This document shows, piece by piece, positions 37,662 through 46,036 of a DNA stretch of 55,216 nucleotides. The stretch's first letter is position 1; each line of letters begins with the position of its first letter. Under the pieces are notes generated by a model. That model did no database searches, was not told the DNA's origin, and saw only the letters and a program-made list of their open reading frames with translations. This DNA comes from a virus (taxonomy: Duplodnaviria > Heunggongvirae > Uroviricota > Caudoviricetes): positions 1-55,216 of IMG/VR virus record IMGVR_UViG_3300047274_000273. The stretch is one strand, 5' to 3'. The position numbers and the translations under genes are program-made.

Positions 37662-37881
37662 CTGCCTCCTGTGCAGCGGCCAAAGCAGCGATCTCGGCGT
37701 CGATGGCCTTTTCTTTCTTCTTACCAGCCAGGGCAGTGCCTCGCTGATAGACTCGCCAGTAGTGTTCACCGCAGTAGGCCTTGCCCTCTAGGGTCTTGGC
37801 ACCACAGTAATGAACAGGCCCCTTGCGGGGATCCTGTTCAGGACCAATCCACTGGCACTCACGGATTGGAATATCAATCAT
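37651..37881 (-). CDS. GcrA C-terminal-like zinc-binding protein
   Basis: CQWI...DP...YCG...GKAYCGEH...VYQ. Confidence 0.6.
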   Translation of the reverse strand: MIDIPIRECQWIGPEQDPRKGPVHYCGAKTLEGKAYCGEHYWRVYQRGTALAGKKKEKAIDAEIAALAAAQEADDE

Positions 37882-38981
37882 TAATGCATCCCCTTCATAA
37901 CAGTGACCTTGGCCATGTTCTGCCAGTTAGTAGGAAAGCTCTTGCGAAGATCCGCGACCTTGAGCACAGTACGCAGGCTCAGCTCACGCATTTGAGCACG
38001 ATGCTCTTTGATGAAGTTAACCACTTCGTCCTTAGCGATCTGCTCAAGCTCGTAGCTATCCAACATACCGTCCTTGACGATCTGCTCAATGCGCAAGACC
38101 TTCTCGCGATCAGTGTCCATGCGCAGGTCAATGTAGTGGCAACGGCTTTCAAGAGCGGCAAGGTGTTCTTGCAGTTTCTTGCTTCGCACATTCTCGAACT
38201 TCAAGTTCGTGATAAAGATAGCACCACCCTTGAACTCGAAACGATCTGGCACACCTTCCGAACGAAGCAGACGGCTGTCAGTGTTCCACGAGATAGTACG
38301 CTTCTTGGATGAATCCAAAGCGGCCTTCAAGATGTTCAAAGACACATCGTCCAACAGGATGCTGTCACAGTCATCAAACACAAGAATGCTCTTAGCGTCT
38401 GAGTACTTGTAGAGCTTGGTGTAGAGTCCAATGGCACTCATAGCACCCTTGACGATCTCGTACTTGGGCTTGCGTTCGCCCAGGGTGTTGAACAGATCTT
38501 CTTTGCTTAGTACTTCTTCAACACCAAAGCTCTTGCCCACGCCTGGAGGGCCAGTGACGATCATAGCACGAACATCACCGCCTTTGACAGCCTTGGTCAT
38601 CTCAGTGAGGATCTCAAAGCGCATGCGAGTACGCTCGATGATCTGCTCATCGGTCTCGTGTGCTACAGCCTCATCAGAAACCTTAACTTGGGTGAAGTCC
38701 GTGACTTCGACACCCTTGACGGGCTTGCTCTTAAGAGCTGTCAGCATTGCTACTCCTTGTGGAATGGGTTTGGCACTACCTGCAACATTGTAGGCACCCT
38801 GCTCGCAACGGATGCGGATGCTACGATCAGGGAAGCCAGGCTGGCTAGCACCTTCGACAGTGACATAGCCTGTACCGTCTTTGGCTACCTTGTAGTCTTC
38901 TACTAGTTTAAAAGTAAGCCCTGCAACATTGGTGGGTTGACCCTTGATGTTGTAGTAACCCTCAGTGAAAGTAATATACAC
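37881..38981 (-). CDS. P-loop AAA-like ATPase
   Basis: GPPGVGKS, VFDDCD, FITN, ALESR; GTG start after AGGAGCGAAC. Confidence 0.8.
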   Translation of the reverse strand: MYITFTEGYYNIKGQPTNVAGLTFKLVEDYKVAKDGTGYVTVEGASQPGFPDRSIRIRCEQGAYNVAGSAKPIPQGVAMLTALKSKPVKGVEVTDFTQVKVSDEAVAHETDEQIIERTRMRFEILTEMTKAVKGGDVRAMIVTGPPGVGKSFGVEEVLSKEDLFNTLGERKPKYEIVKGAMSAIGLYTKLYKYSDAKSILVFDDCDSILLDDVSLNILKAALDSSKKRTISWNTDSRLLRSEGVPDRFEFKGGAIFITNLKFENVRSKKLQEHLAALESRCHYIDLRMDTDREKVLRIEQIVKDGMLDSYELEQIAKDEVVNFIKEHRAQMRELSLRTVLKVADLRKSFPTNWQNMAKVTVMKGMH

Positions 38982-39076
38982 AGTTCGCTCCTGTTGTTTA
39001 TTGAACATACCTCTATTATATTACCAAACAGGGCTGTTGTCAACCCCGTTCAGTAATAACCCTACGATCTCTAGGG

Positions 39077-39520
39077 TTATTCGTCCTCTGCTACCTTGGC
39101 TTCTTCCAGGGCCTGTGCCAGAGGGCCGTCATAGCGTCCGTAGAACTCTACATACCACTGATCGTCCAACCGATAGCAGTAGTTGTATTCCTCGAACTGT
39201 GCTTCGGAACGATACTCTGCGTAGTTCTTGAACACGCGAGCTTCAACACCTGCTTCGCCACGATCTCGTCCGTAGGCCACGCACCAATCCTCTCGCTTAT
39301 CACCCTCGGTATAGCGAGCATCAAAATCGTGTGTCTCGCCGATCTCTTTGCGTAGGCTGCTGACATCTCCCAAGAGCATGAGTGCCAAGATCTTAGCACG
39401 ATCCTTGTAGTGTGTCTGCAGGATCTCACCGTTGTTATCCAGGTAACCGTCCCAGTGGCAGTAGATCTGCATGATCTCACCGTTGGGCTGTTCCATTGCA
39501 ATAGTGCTACGAGTTGCCAT
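39077..39520 (-). CDS. Hypothetical phage protein (YCHWDGY motif)
   Basis: Promoter and RBS. Confidence 0.75.
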   Translation of the reverse strand: MATRSTIAMEQPNGEIMQIYCHWDGYLDNNGEILQTHYKDRAKILALMLLGDVSSLRKEIGETHDFDARYTEGDKREDWCVAYGRDRGEAGVEARVFKNYAEYRSEAQFEEYNYCYRLDDQWYVEFYGRYDGPLAQALEEAKVAEDE

Positions 39521-39587
39521 GTTCGCTCCTGTTTGTTTAACTTAGCCTAGAGTATAACACGGGCCGGAGCCCGTGTCAACCAATTTG

Positions 39588-39941
39588 TTAAATACCCTGG
39601 AACGCTGTCAGGGCTTTCTGTGCATCCGCGTCCAGCATACAGGCGTCCATGGCTTTCTGCTTTTCTGCTTCCACGGTCTTGCGATATGCCGCCAGCTCTG
39701 CGACCTTGGCTTCCATAGCAGGCCACACTACATCGGATGGGTTGAGGTAAGGACCAGTATAGTCCACCTTGTCCTCTTTAAGGGTGATCTCGCCTGAGCG
39801 GATGCCCTCAAACACCATGCCCCAAGTAGGCTGTTCCGGACGTCCTGCAGGGCCATAGAGTTCCACTGCCTTGGCCTGCACCTTTTCACGTGCGATCTCG
39901 TTGAGACGACGCACAAAATACTCACGCTGGGTTTGTTCCAT
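39588..39941 (-). CDS. Hypothetical protein
   Basis: Promoter and RBS. Confidence 0.7.
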   Translation of the reverse strand: MEQTQREYFVRRLNEIAREKVQAKAVELYGPAGRPEQPTWGMVFEGIRSGEITLKEDKVDYTGPYLNPSDVVWPAMEAKVAELAAYRKTVEAEKQKAMDACMLDADAQKALTAFQGI

Positions 39942-39984
39942 TTTTCGCTCCTAAGTTGTTTAAAGGAAGTGCTAGTATAGCACC

Positions 39985-40476
39985 TTAACTGCCAGTTGTC
40001 AACCGGATTTGGTGTGGCTGATCTGCCACAGTGTAGAACGCCTCGATGAAGATGTGATGATCGTCGCCCGAACCTCGGATGCAGCGATCAGCAGCTGAGT
40101 AGAGATCACGCCACGTGGGTCCTTCGATGGGTTCAATGACCGCAGCTTCACCCCAGTGGTCCTTGTAGCAGATCTCACGTGCTGCTGTGTAGGAATGCGG
40201 CTGGTTAAGGTCTTGGACATCAAAGATGCTCCAGATTGAGCGCAGTCCCAGCTCTTCTTGCACGGTACTATAGTGCTCCATCTTGTCCTCAAACGCACGA
40301 TTGTCCTGCGCATAGGCATCTTCAAGTCCCGCTTCAAAGCTCTTGATCACCCTGTGCAGCTGACCAGCGAGGTCATCACTGATGATGCCGGTCAGTCTCT
40401 CCTGTATGGTGCGCAGCTCGCAGAGAGTGTTATGTACAGTGGTAAAGTCTCGGCCCTGAATGGTCACGGTTTCCAT
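39985..40476 (-). CDS. Hypothetical protein
   Basis: Promoter and RBS; DDHHIFIE. Confidence 0.7.
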   Translation of the reverse strand: METVTIQGRDFTTVHNTLCELRTIQERLTGIISDDLAGQLHRVIKSFEAGLEDAYAQDNRAFEDKMEHYSTVQEELGLRSIWSIFDVQDLNQPHSYTAAREICYKDHWGEAAVIEPIEGPTWRDLYSAADRCIRGSGDDHHIFIEAFYTVADQPHQIRLTTGS

Positions 40477-40512
40477 GGTCTGCTCCTTGTTTGCTCAGTG
40501 TCTATTGTATGC

Positions 40513-40875
40513 TCAGGCAGGGACTGTGTCAACCACTTTGGCTAAAGACCCTATGAGCCTGCGGGCTTCTTCACGTGCTTCCCGCATAGCTTCGTGGATC
40601 AGGTCCTCAGCAGTGCCGTCCTTGAGTACTTCACGGGCATCTTCGTAGCAGCATCCGCCCAAGTAGTGTGAGCCCAACTCATGCCCGTCAAGCATGACTC
40701 GTACACGCAGCATGAACCAATCAAGATCGTACGAATCGATCTTACGGCAAAGCTCGTCGAGGTCTGTGACAGTGTCATCAAAGCAGTCACGAGGGCTGAT
40801 GTCTTCCCAGGTCTTGTCTACGATGATGTCAAAGCCATCGCGCTGCATAGCAGCTAGAGTGTCCCAGTGTCTCAT
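40513..40875 (-). CDS. Hypothetical protein
   Basis: ATGA-coupled; YLGGCCY. Confidence 0.65.
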   Translation of the reverse strand: MRHWDTLAAMQRDGFDIIVDKTWEDISPRDCFDDTVTDLDELCRKIDSYDLDWFMLRVRVMLDGHELGSHYLGGCCYEDAREVLKDGTAEDLIHEAMREAREEARRLIGSLAKVVDTVPA

Positions 40876-41192
40876 CGTGGAATCCTCACTACCATGCCCT
40901 GGGCTGTGGATACCACTTCATAGCCTTTAGACTCTAGGATGCTGACTGCCTCTCGGGCCAGCGCACGATCACGCTTTATGGCACCCGCTATCTTTACCGC
41001 TATGAACTTCTTGCGATAATTGATATAGCTCTCTGCGTAGGCATAAGCAGTGTCCAGCAGGTCCAGGGCTCGCTGCGCTAGGCATTGCTGGGAGAGTGTG
41101 TAGGTCGCTGCCATCTCGCGATTGCGATAGTAGGCATTTACGGCTGCGCCACGGCCATTGTCCTCGGCGTCTCTGTATCTCAGTTGCTTCAT
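40872..41192 (-). CDS. Hypothetical protein
   Basis: Promoter and RBS. Confidence 0.7.
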   Translation of the reverse strand: MKQLRYRDAEDNGRGAAVNAYYRNREMAATYTLSQQCLAQRALDLLDTAYAYAESYINYRKKFIAVKIAGAIKRDRALAREAVSILESKGYEVVSTAQGMVVRIPR

Positions 41193-41254
41193 AGTTCGCT
41201 CCTATTTGTTCACTGTTTTAATAGTATAGCACCTCTAGCCCAAACTGTCAACCC

Positions 41255-41551
41255 CTACATCGTCCAGTAGAGCTCAGAGCTAGGATCGCAGCTTCGGGGG
41301 GTGTTTGCAGAGATCTCCACTTCAGCTCCGCTCATGAGATTCTTCACGACCCTACGCTTCTCTACGAACTGATGGAAGTAGGCACTGTCAGCGCAGCCCC
41401 AATCGAACAAAGGACCCTCGTTGCTGACGAACGCAGCATCCCGGCGCAGGTACTCGTTTTGCTTACGGGTACGCCATGCCAGTGCAGCAGCGCGGGTCTT
41501 AAGGGTCTTTTGGATCACAGTCGACTCTTTATCGTATACGTACCACATCAT
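41255..41551 (-). CDS. Hypothetical protein
   Basis: ATGA-coupled; TPRSCDPSSELYWTM. Confidence 0.65.
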   Translation of the reverse strand: MMWYVYDKESTVIQKTLKTRAAALAWRTRKQNEYLRRDAAFVSNEGPLFDWGCADSAYFHQFVEKRRVVKNLMSGAEVEISANTPRSCDPSSELYWTM

Positions 41552-41886
41552 GCACCTCTCTTGTCTGTGTTATAGAATGGGTTCAAAGCGCGGATCAATT
41601 CACGCTCACGACTGTGAGCAGCTGCCTTGCCCCGGACGATCTCTAAGACACGCACGTCTACCTCATCTTTGCTAGCATACGAGCGCAGTAGCGAGCAAAG
41701 GGCCCATGACTTGGTCTCAGTTTGGGCGCGATAGAAGTGTTTCGCGACACGCGACCGCACTGACTTTAATACAGTTGACTCAGTCTTAGCTGTTACACCG
41801 ATGTAGACACCCTCAGGACCCTGGATGGTGTAGATGATGTGATTACGATCTGATCGCTTGGCTCGCACTGTAGGCTCCTTCAACAT
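41548..41886 (-). CDS. GIY-YIG-like nuclease-domain protein
   Basis: IIY...YIGVT...RVAKH...ERELI..YN; ATG at 41886 after the promoter. Confidence 0.65.
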   Translation of the reverse strand: MLKEPTVRAKRSDRNHIIYTIQGPEGVYIGVTAKTESTVLKSVRSRVAKHFYRAQTETKSWALCSLLRSYASKDEVDVRVLEIVRGKAAAHSRERELIRALNPFYNTDKRGA

Positions 41887-41971
41887 ATGTATATTGTACG
41901 ATCTTCTGCCCAATCTGTCAACCAAAATACCTATAGTTGACCCTGCTCTAGGGTTTCTAGTCGCCCACAAG

Positions 41972-41991
41972 TTATCCACAACTTATCCACA
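41972..41991 (+). promoter_or_regulatory. Two tandem perfect DnaA boxes (TTATCCACA)
   Basis: At 41972-41980 and 41983-41991, intergenic. Confidence 0.6.
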
Positions 41992-41997
41992 GCCAAG

Positions 41998-42033
41998 AAA
42001 AGACCCTATACCCAACTCGAGTATAGGGTCTTT
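41998..42033. terminator. Terminator downstream of the tRNA cluster
   Basis: 13-bp perfect stem with T-runs on both strands. Confidence 0.8.
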
Positions 42034-42080
42034 CCCGCCTCACACGCGAAGTCTCTGATGCTGCTCAGCTGCTGCTGTCA

Positions 42081-42165
42081 TGGTAGGACCGACCGGAATC
42101 GAACCGGTATGCATTGCTGCGAGGGATTTTAAGTCCCTTGTGTCTACCTATTTCACCACGGTCCC
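42081..42165 (-). tRNA. tRNA-Leu(UAA)
   Basis: Cloverleaf, CTTAAAA loop, long variable arm, GTTCGA, 3' CCA. Confidence 0.93.
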
Positions 42166-42211
42166 GTAACGTTGTGCTGCTGTGTGCTGCTGCACACTGC
42201 TGCTGTTGTAG

Positions 42212-42288
42212 TGGCCTGCCCGGAGGGATTCGAACCCCCGACCGCATGCTTAGAAGGCATGTGCTCTATCCAACTGAGCTACGGGCAG
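42212..42288 (-). tRNA. tRNA-Arg(UCU)
   Basis: CTGCCCG/CGGGCAG acceptor stem, CTTCTAA loop, GTTCGAATC, CCA. Confidence 0.93.
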
Positions 42289-42340
42289 AAATATACTGTA
42301 AATTTACTTTGGTATTCCCTTAAAATTCACTCTGTTATTG

Positions 42341-42418
<78 letters not shown>

Positions 42419-42430
42419 GTGATCTATATG

Positions 42431-42685
42431 TTACTGTGTGTCTGTGTGGTTGTCAATGCCTTTTTTGATGAATCTGTGTAGATCTTCCATCTTGGTCGCG
42501 AACACATCAGGTGCAGCTTCAGCAGCACGATCTAGATCCCATAGGCTGGGATAGTGGCGCAGCAGGCTGCGTGCCTGTGCCCTAATGGTTTTGGGCACCC
42601 TAGGAGTCTTAGAGGGATCACAGAGATCCCGGAGGAACAGTTGCGTCCAATGTACCGCTCGATATCGCTCATCTGGTAGTGTCAT
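42431..42685 (-). CDS. Hypothetical phage protein
   Basis: MTLPDERYRAV...TPRVPK...LLRHYP. Confidence 0.7.
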   Translation of the reverse strand: MTLPDERYRAVHWTQLFLRDLCDPSKTPRVPKTIRAQARSLLRHYPSLWDLDRAAEAAPDVFATKMEDLHRFIKKGIDNHTDTQ

Positions 42686-42787
42686 AGAGTGTCTCGCTGC
42701 TGCTAGCCTGCGTTTCTTAAGCATGTGTATATTATACGATCATCGTGCCCGTGTGTCAACCGGAATCCTGGGCAGACGCCGTGATCG

Positions 42788-42997
42788 CTATAGTCTGCGC
42801 AGCGGGGCCTTGGCAGTTCTGCGATCTAATAACCGCATCTGATCAGTCCTAACTCCTAGACAGCACAATCTATAGTAGTAGTGAGCCACACGCCAACTCT
42901 GTGTTGATACGCACAGTGCGCCAGTGGCATCGTATACAGTATAGTAGGGAACATGCTCACGACGATCAACACAGATAGTTACATGGTGTTCGCTCAT
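42788..42997 (-). CDS. Hypothetical protein
   Basis: TAAATA 4 nt upstream of the ATG. Confidence 0.5.
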   Translation of the reverse strand: MSEHHVTICVDRREHVPYYTVYDATGALCVSTQSWRVAHYYYRLCCLGVRTDQMRLLDRRTAKAPLRRL

Positions 42998-43331
42998 CGT
43001 ATATTTACTGTGCGCACATGATCTCACGCAGCGGGGCCGCTGTATACAGGGAGTTTTACAGTCTAAGACGCTGGTCTCATGGTGGATCGTGGTGGGGAAA
43101 TGGTGCCGAAACAGTCAAATCAGGGGGCGAACAGTGGAAAAACACTGTGTGGACAGTGTGTCAGGGTGGTGGTATGACAGGCTATGCTAAAATGGTCACA
43201 CAATTCCACACTATTCCACACTTTTTACTACTTTTCTGCACTCCACCCCACCGTTTACGACCCATATACGCATGACTCCCATCAGTAGATCACACTTACT
43301 GACCTATCGCGCACGATACCGCAGCGGGGCC
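42798..43331 (+). repeat. Three direct copies of CGCAGCGGGGCC
   Basis: At 42798, 43027 and 43320. Confidence 0.8.
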
Positions 43332-43349
43332 GTGGCCAGTGCTGTATGA

Positions 43350-43439
43350 TTATTCACCATCGTCCCCCCACTGACCCCATACTATCAGGGCTATGACTGC
43401 TAGTATGATCAATAAGCTGGCTATTTCTCGTTCACTCAT
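43350..43439 (-). CDS. Small TM protein (29 aa)
   Basis: MSEREIASLLIILAVIALIVWG; ATGA-coupled. Confidence 0.45.
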   Translation of the reverse strand: MSEREIASLLIILAVIALIVWGQWGDDGE

Positions 43440-43570
43440 TCTAGGTCCTCACTCATTCTCAACAACATCAAGAACAAGGGCACTATGATCATCACTGTCC
43501 ATAGTTGATCTGTTCTTGCTGCTGCTACCAATGCCACTGCGAAGTATGCTACTAATAGGCTGTTTCTCAT
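43436..43570 (-). CDS. Small 2-TM protein (44 aa)
   Basis: ATGA-coupled to 43567-43812. Confidence 0.45.
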   Translation of the reverse strand: MRNSLLVAYFAVALVAAARTDQLWTVMIIVPLFLMLLRMSEDLE

Positions 43571-43812
43571 TCCAGTTCCTCTATGTCTAGGGTATCTTCT
43601 ACTATCACATATGTAGCATCAATCACAGTGCCATCCGGTAATTCACAGCGTTCTACTTCCCAGTTATCCACATTAGATCTCTCTACGCGAAGCGTGAAGC
43701 CCAAGCCAGAGTTTCGATGGCGTTGGGCGATCCTTGCGCCAGCAAGAGTCTGATACCAGCGCAGCCTTTGTTCACTGTGTAGATCCACTAGATAGTATAC
43801 TGTCTTATGCAT
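43567..43812 (-). CDS. Hypothetical protein
   Basis: 81-aa ORF. Confidence 0.55.
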   Translation of the reverse strand: MHKTVYYLVDLHSEQRLRWYQTLAGARIAQRHRNSGLGFTLRVERSNVDNWEVERCELPDGTVIDATYVIVEDTLDIEELE

Positions 43813-43848
43813 ATCAGTATATAGTCCTGATCACTGTAAATACTCAGT

Positions 43849-44037
43849 ATGTACACTCTAGACTACTCACTGGCACAGTTAGATCGACTACAGGACATGA
43901 TTGACTCAGGACAGCCTCTGCAGATCATGCACATCTTGACTTCAGCGGATGACGGCTTCGCTACTCATTGGGAAGATCGCTACATAGTTCTAGTGGACTG
44001 TGACCCTAAAATGTATACCTTATTATGTCTACTCTAG
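43849..44037 (+). CDS. Hypothetical protein
   Basis: TAAATA 6 nt upstream. Confidence 0.55.
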   Translation: MYTLDYSLAQLDRLQDMIDSGQPLQIMHILTSADDGFATHWEDRYIVLVDCDPKMYTLLCLL

Positions 44038-44273
44038 ATTCTATATTAAATCCCTCCATTGCCCTTGTGCCACGTAGATTGTTCTGCTATCGTTACTATG
44101 CCTGGGACTCAGACTATGATGAAGAAGCTGTATGGTCAGATGTGCAGCGTTGGGGCGGCCACCTAAGCATACGTCAGGACTGCATAGACTTTTGGATTCC
44201 TCCCCAGTATCAGGTATTCTTTAGGTTAAAATACCCTAGTTTGGTCGCACAGCCTCATCTAGACTACCTATAA
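44025..44273 (+). CDS. Hypothetical protein
   Basis: Overlapping ORF. Confidence 0.55.
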   Translation: MSTLDSILNPSIALVPRRLFCYRYYAWDSDYDEEAVWSDVQRWGGHLSIRQDCIDFWIPPQYQVFFRLKYPSLVAQPHLDYL

Positions 44274-44291
44274 AAATCCCTTGAAAAAATC

Positions 44292-44311
44292 GCTGCGCGG
44301 CGCTTCGCGCT
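44292..44311 (-). repeat. Inverted copy of the 20-bp GCGAAGC element
   Basis: Reverse complement AGCGCGAAGCGCCGCGCAGC. Confidence 0.85.
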
Positions 44312-44374
44312 AGGATAATTGCTGAGCTTCCTGAGGAATTTTGGTGTTTCTCTGCTATTGGTGTAAATACTTGT

Positions 44375-44752
44375 ATGAGAATCATCGTCATCGCCATCAC
44401 CATGCTGCTCGCGGGCTGTGCCACAGTGCAGACCTGGATACCCAGTTTCTGGGACGATAATCAAAGCCGTATGATCACGGATGCCAGGCTCTATGTGGAA
44501 CAGATCGACTGCGCACAGGCACAGGCCCCCCAGCTACAGCCTCTGCAGAGAGAACTGCGACGTTTCCAACTCTATTCAGAAGCCAAGGGCACACTACAGC
44601 GAGATGTTCTGCGAGTCATAGAGCCCATGCAGAGCACGGTCAAAGAGTGGGCAGATCGGGGTGAGGGTTCTCGAGTCTACTGCGAAATCAAACGGAAACT
44701 GTTAATACAACAGGGTGAGCGAGCCAGCCGAGTCATACTAGGGAGATTCTAA
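44375..44752 (+). CDS. Putative lipoprotein
   Basis: Signal peptide with LAGC lipobox; TAAATA upstream. Confidence 0.7.
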   Translation: MRIIVIAITMLLAGCATVQTWIPSFWDDNQSRMITDARLYVEQIDCAQAQAPQLQPLQRELRRFQLYSEAKGTLQRDVLRVIEPMQSTVKEWADRGEGSRVYCEIKRKLLIQQGERASRVILGRF

Positions 44753-44985
44753 TGATCGAACAACTACAATTCTTATCAACCTGCGGACGTCCCTGGGCTG
44801 AACAGCGAGCACAGTTCGCTCTAGAGATCACTGCTGCTGTTGAGCAGGGTCAGATCTCAGAATCAGAATATCAGGCCCTGATGGCTGACCTGATCCGCTC
44901 AGATAGATTAAACTCAGAAGCAGACGACATGGACATCAAGAACATGTTGGTCGCCTGCGTGATGATTGGAGCCAAATTAGCATGA
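44752..44985 (+). CDS. Hypothetical protein
   Basis: TAATG-coupled. Confidence 0.65.
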   Translation: MIEQLQFLSTCGRPWAEQRAQFALEITAAVEQGQISESEYQALMADLIRSDRLNSEADDMDIKNMLVACVMIGAKLA

Positions 44986-45473
44986 AAATCTCTGAAATCC
45001 TAAGAGAAAATATCTTTACCACGGACTATCACAAGGTCATGAACGCAGTGGCCAAACTCTATCAAGACCACTACGATGTTAACATCTGGGAAAACGGTGA
45101 CGCACACGATGATGCGGCCAAGGTCTTATTAAAAGTACATCCCACAGATGAAGAGCTGGACTATATCCTAGACACCGGAGAACTGCCCGAGCGTTTCATA
45201 GAACTGGACTTTCCCTTGAACGATGAAGTCATGTTTGGAGGCGGGGGCACCAGCGATCAGAACATAGACGAAGAACCCGCTAGCCGAGCACTCTGCACAT
45301 CAGGCAAGCCAGACTCAGCCCTGGGTGCCAGCCAATTGGCCAGCTGTAAGTCACAGGGCTATCGCAGCAGAGAGGGTGGCAAATCACACAAGGTTGGTTC
45401 GGAACGAGTCAAGGTCCGAGGCAAAAAGATCAAGGGCAAGAAGTACGGCGGCCCCTTACCAGACTGGAGTTAA
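44982..45473 (+). CDS. Hypothetical protein with acidic N-terminal and basic C-terminal parts
   Basis: ATGA-coupled; starts MKISEIL. Confidence 0.65.
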   Translation: MKISEILRENIFTTDYHKVMNAVAKLYQDHYDVNIWENGDAHDDAAKVLLKVHPTDEELDYILDTGELPERFIELDFPLNDEVMFGGGGTSDQNIDEEPASRALCTSGKPDSALGASQLASCKSQGYRSREGGKSHKVGSERVKVRGKKIKGKKYGGPLPDWS

Positions 45474-45478
45474 CCACG

Positions 45479-46036
45479 TTGTTAGAACTACACGCAGGCG
45501 ATCTACTCATAGCGCCACCTGCCATGCAGGACACCAGATTCCACCACTCAGTATTATTCCTCACACAGCACACCGCCCGTACCAGTTTCGCCCTGGCCAT
45601 AAACAGGCCCACAGAGCATAGAGTCAACGAAATACTAGAGCCCTTGAGCCTAGAGTTCGAAGAGAACCCCTTGATGTATTGGGGTGGGCCCGTGAGCCCC
45701 AGCACGGTATGGATGCTGCATGACAGCGATTGGCAGAGCCAGGGCACAGCCCCGGTCACTGATCAATGGAGCATTACCAGCCATGCACAGATGTTTACCA
45801 ACATACAGCAGTTGGGTTGGCCCCAACGATATAGGCTGATGTTTGGACACTGTGGGTGGGGGCCTGGACAGCTGGCCGCAGAGCTAGAGGGCAGAGAGCC
45901 CTGGTCACATCGCAGCTCGTGGCTGGTGCTACATCAGCCCGACCCAGATTGGTTGGTCAATGGCCCAGTGGATGAACTATGGCGTCAGGCCACGGCCTTC
46001 TGCGGACAGCAGACCGTGGACACATGGATGGCCTGA
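45479..46036 (+). CDS. YqgE/AlgH (DUF179) family protein
   Basis: LLIAPP...F..SV...INRP, GGPV, GHCGWGPGQL..E. Confidence 0.88.
   Translation: MLELHAGDLLIAPPAMQDTRFHHSVLFLTQHTARTSFALAINRPTEHRVNEILEPLSLEFEENPLMYWGGPVSPSTVWMLHDSDWQSQGTAPVTDQWSITSHAQMFTNIQQLGWPQRYRLMFGHCGWGPGQLAAELEGREPWSHRSSWLVLHQPDPDWLVNGPVDELWRQATAFCGQQTVDTWMA

Noticed and set aside
34225-38793. Long plus-strand ORFs (34225-34944, 35435-36004, 37671-38312, 38431-38793)
   Set aside because: Antisense shadows of well-supported minus-strand genes in a GC-rich, biased region; no RBS or motifs
41887-41979. Upstream-extended starts in the ORF track (also 23649, 28003, 30019, 32249, 32885, 39008, 48948)
   Set aside because: The extensions run through promoters or other genes; internal starts have an RBS or coupling
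43018-43275. 85-aa plus-strand ORF
   Set aside because: No RBS, low-complexity G/W-rich product; better explained by the skewed non-coding element
43664-43672. Third TTATCCACA
   Set aside because: Inside a CDS (encodes VDN); a single copy is plausible by chance
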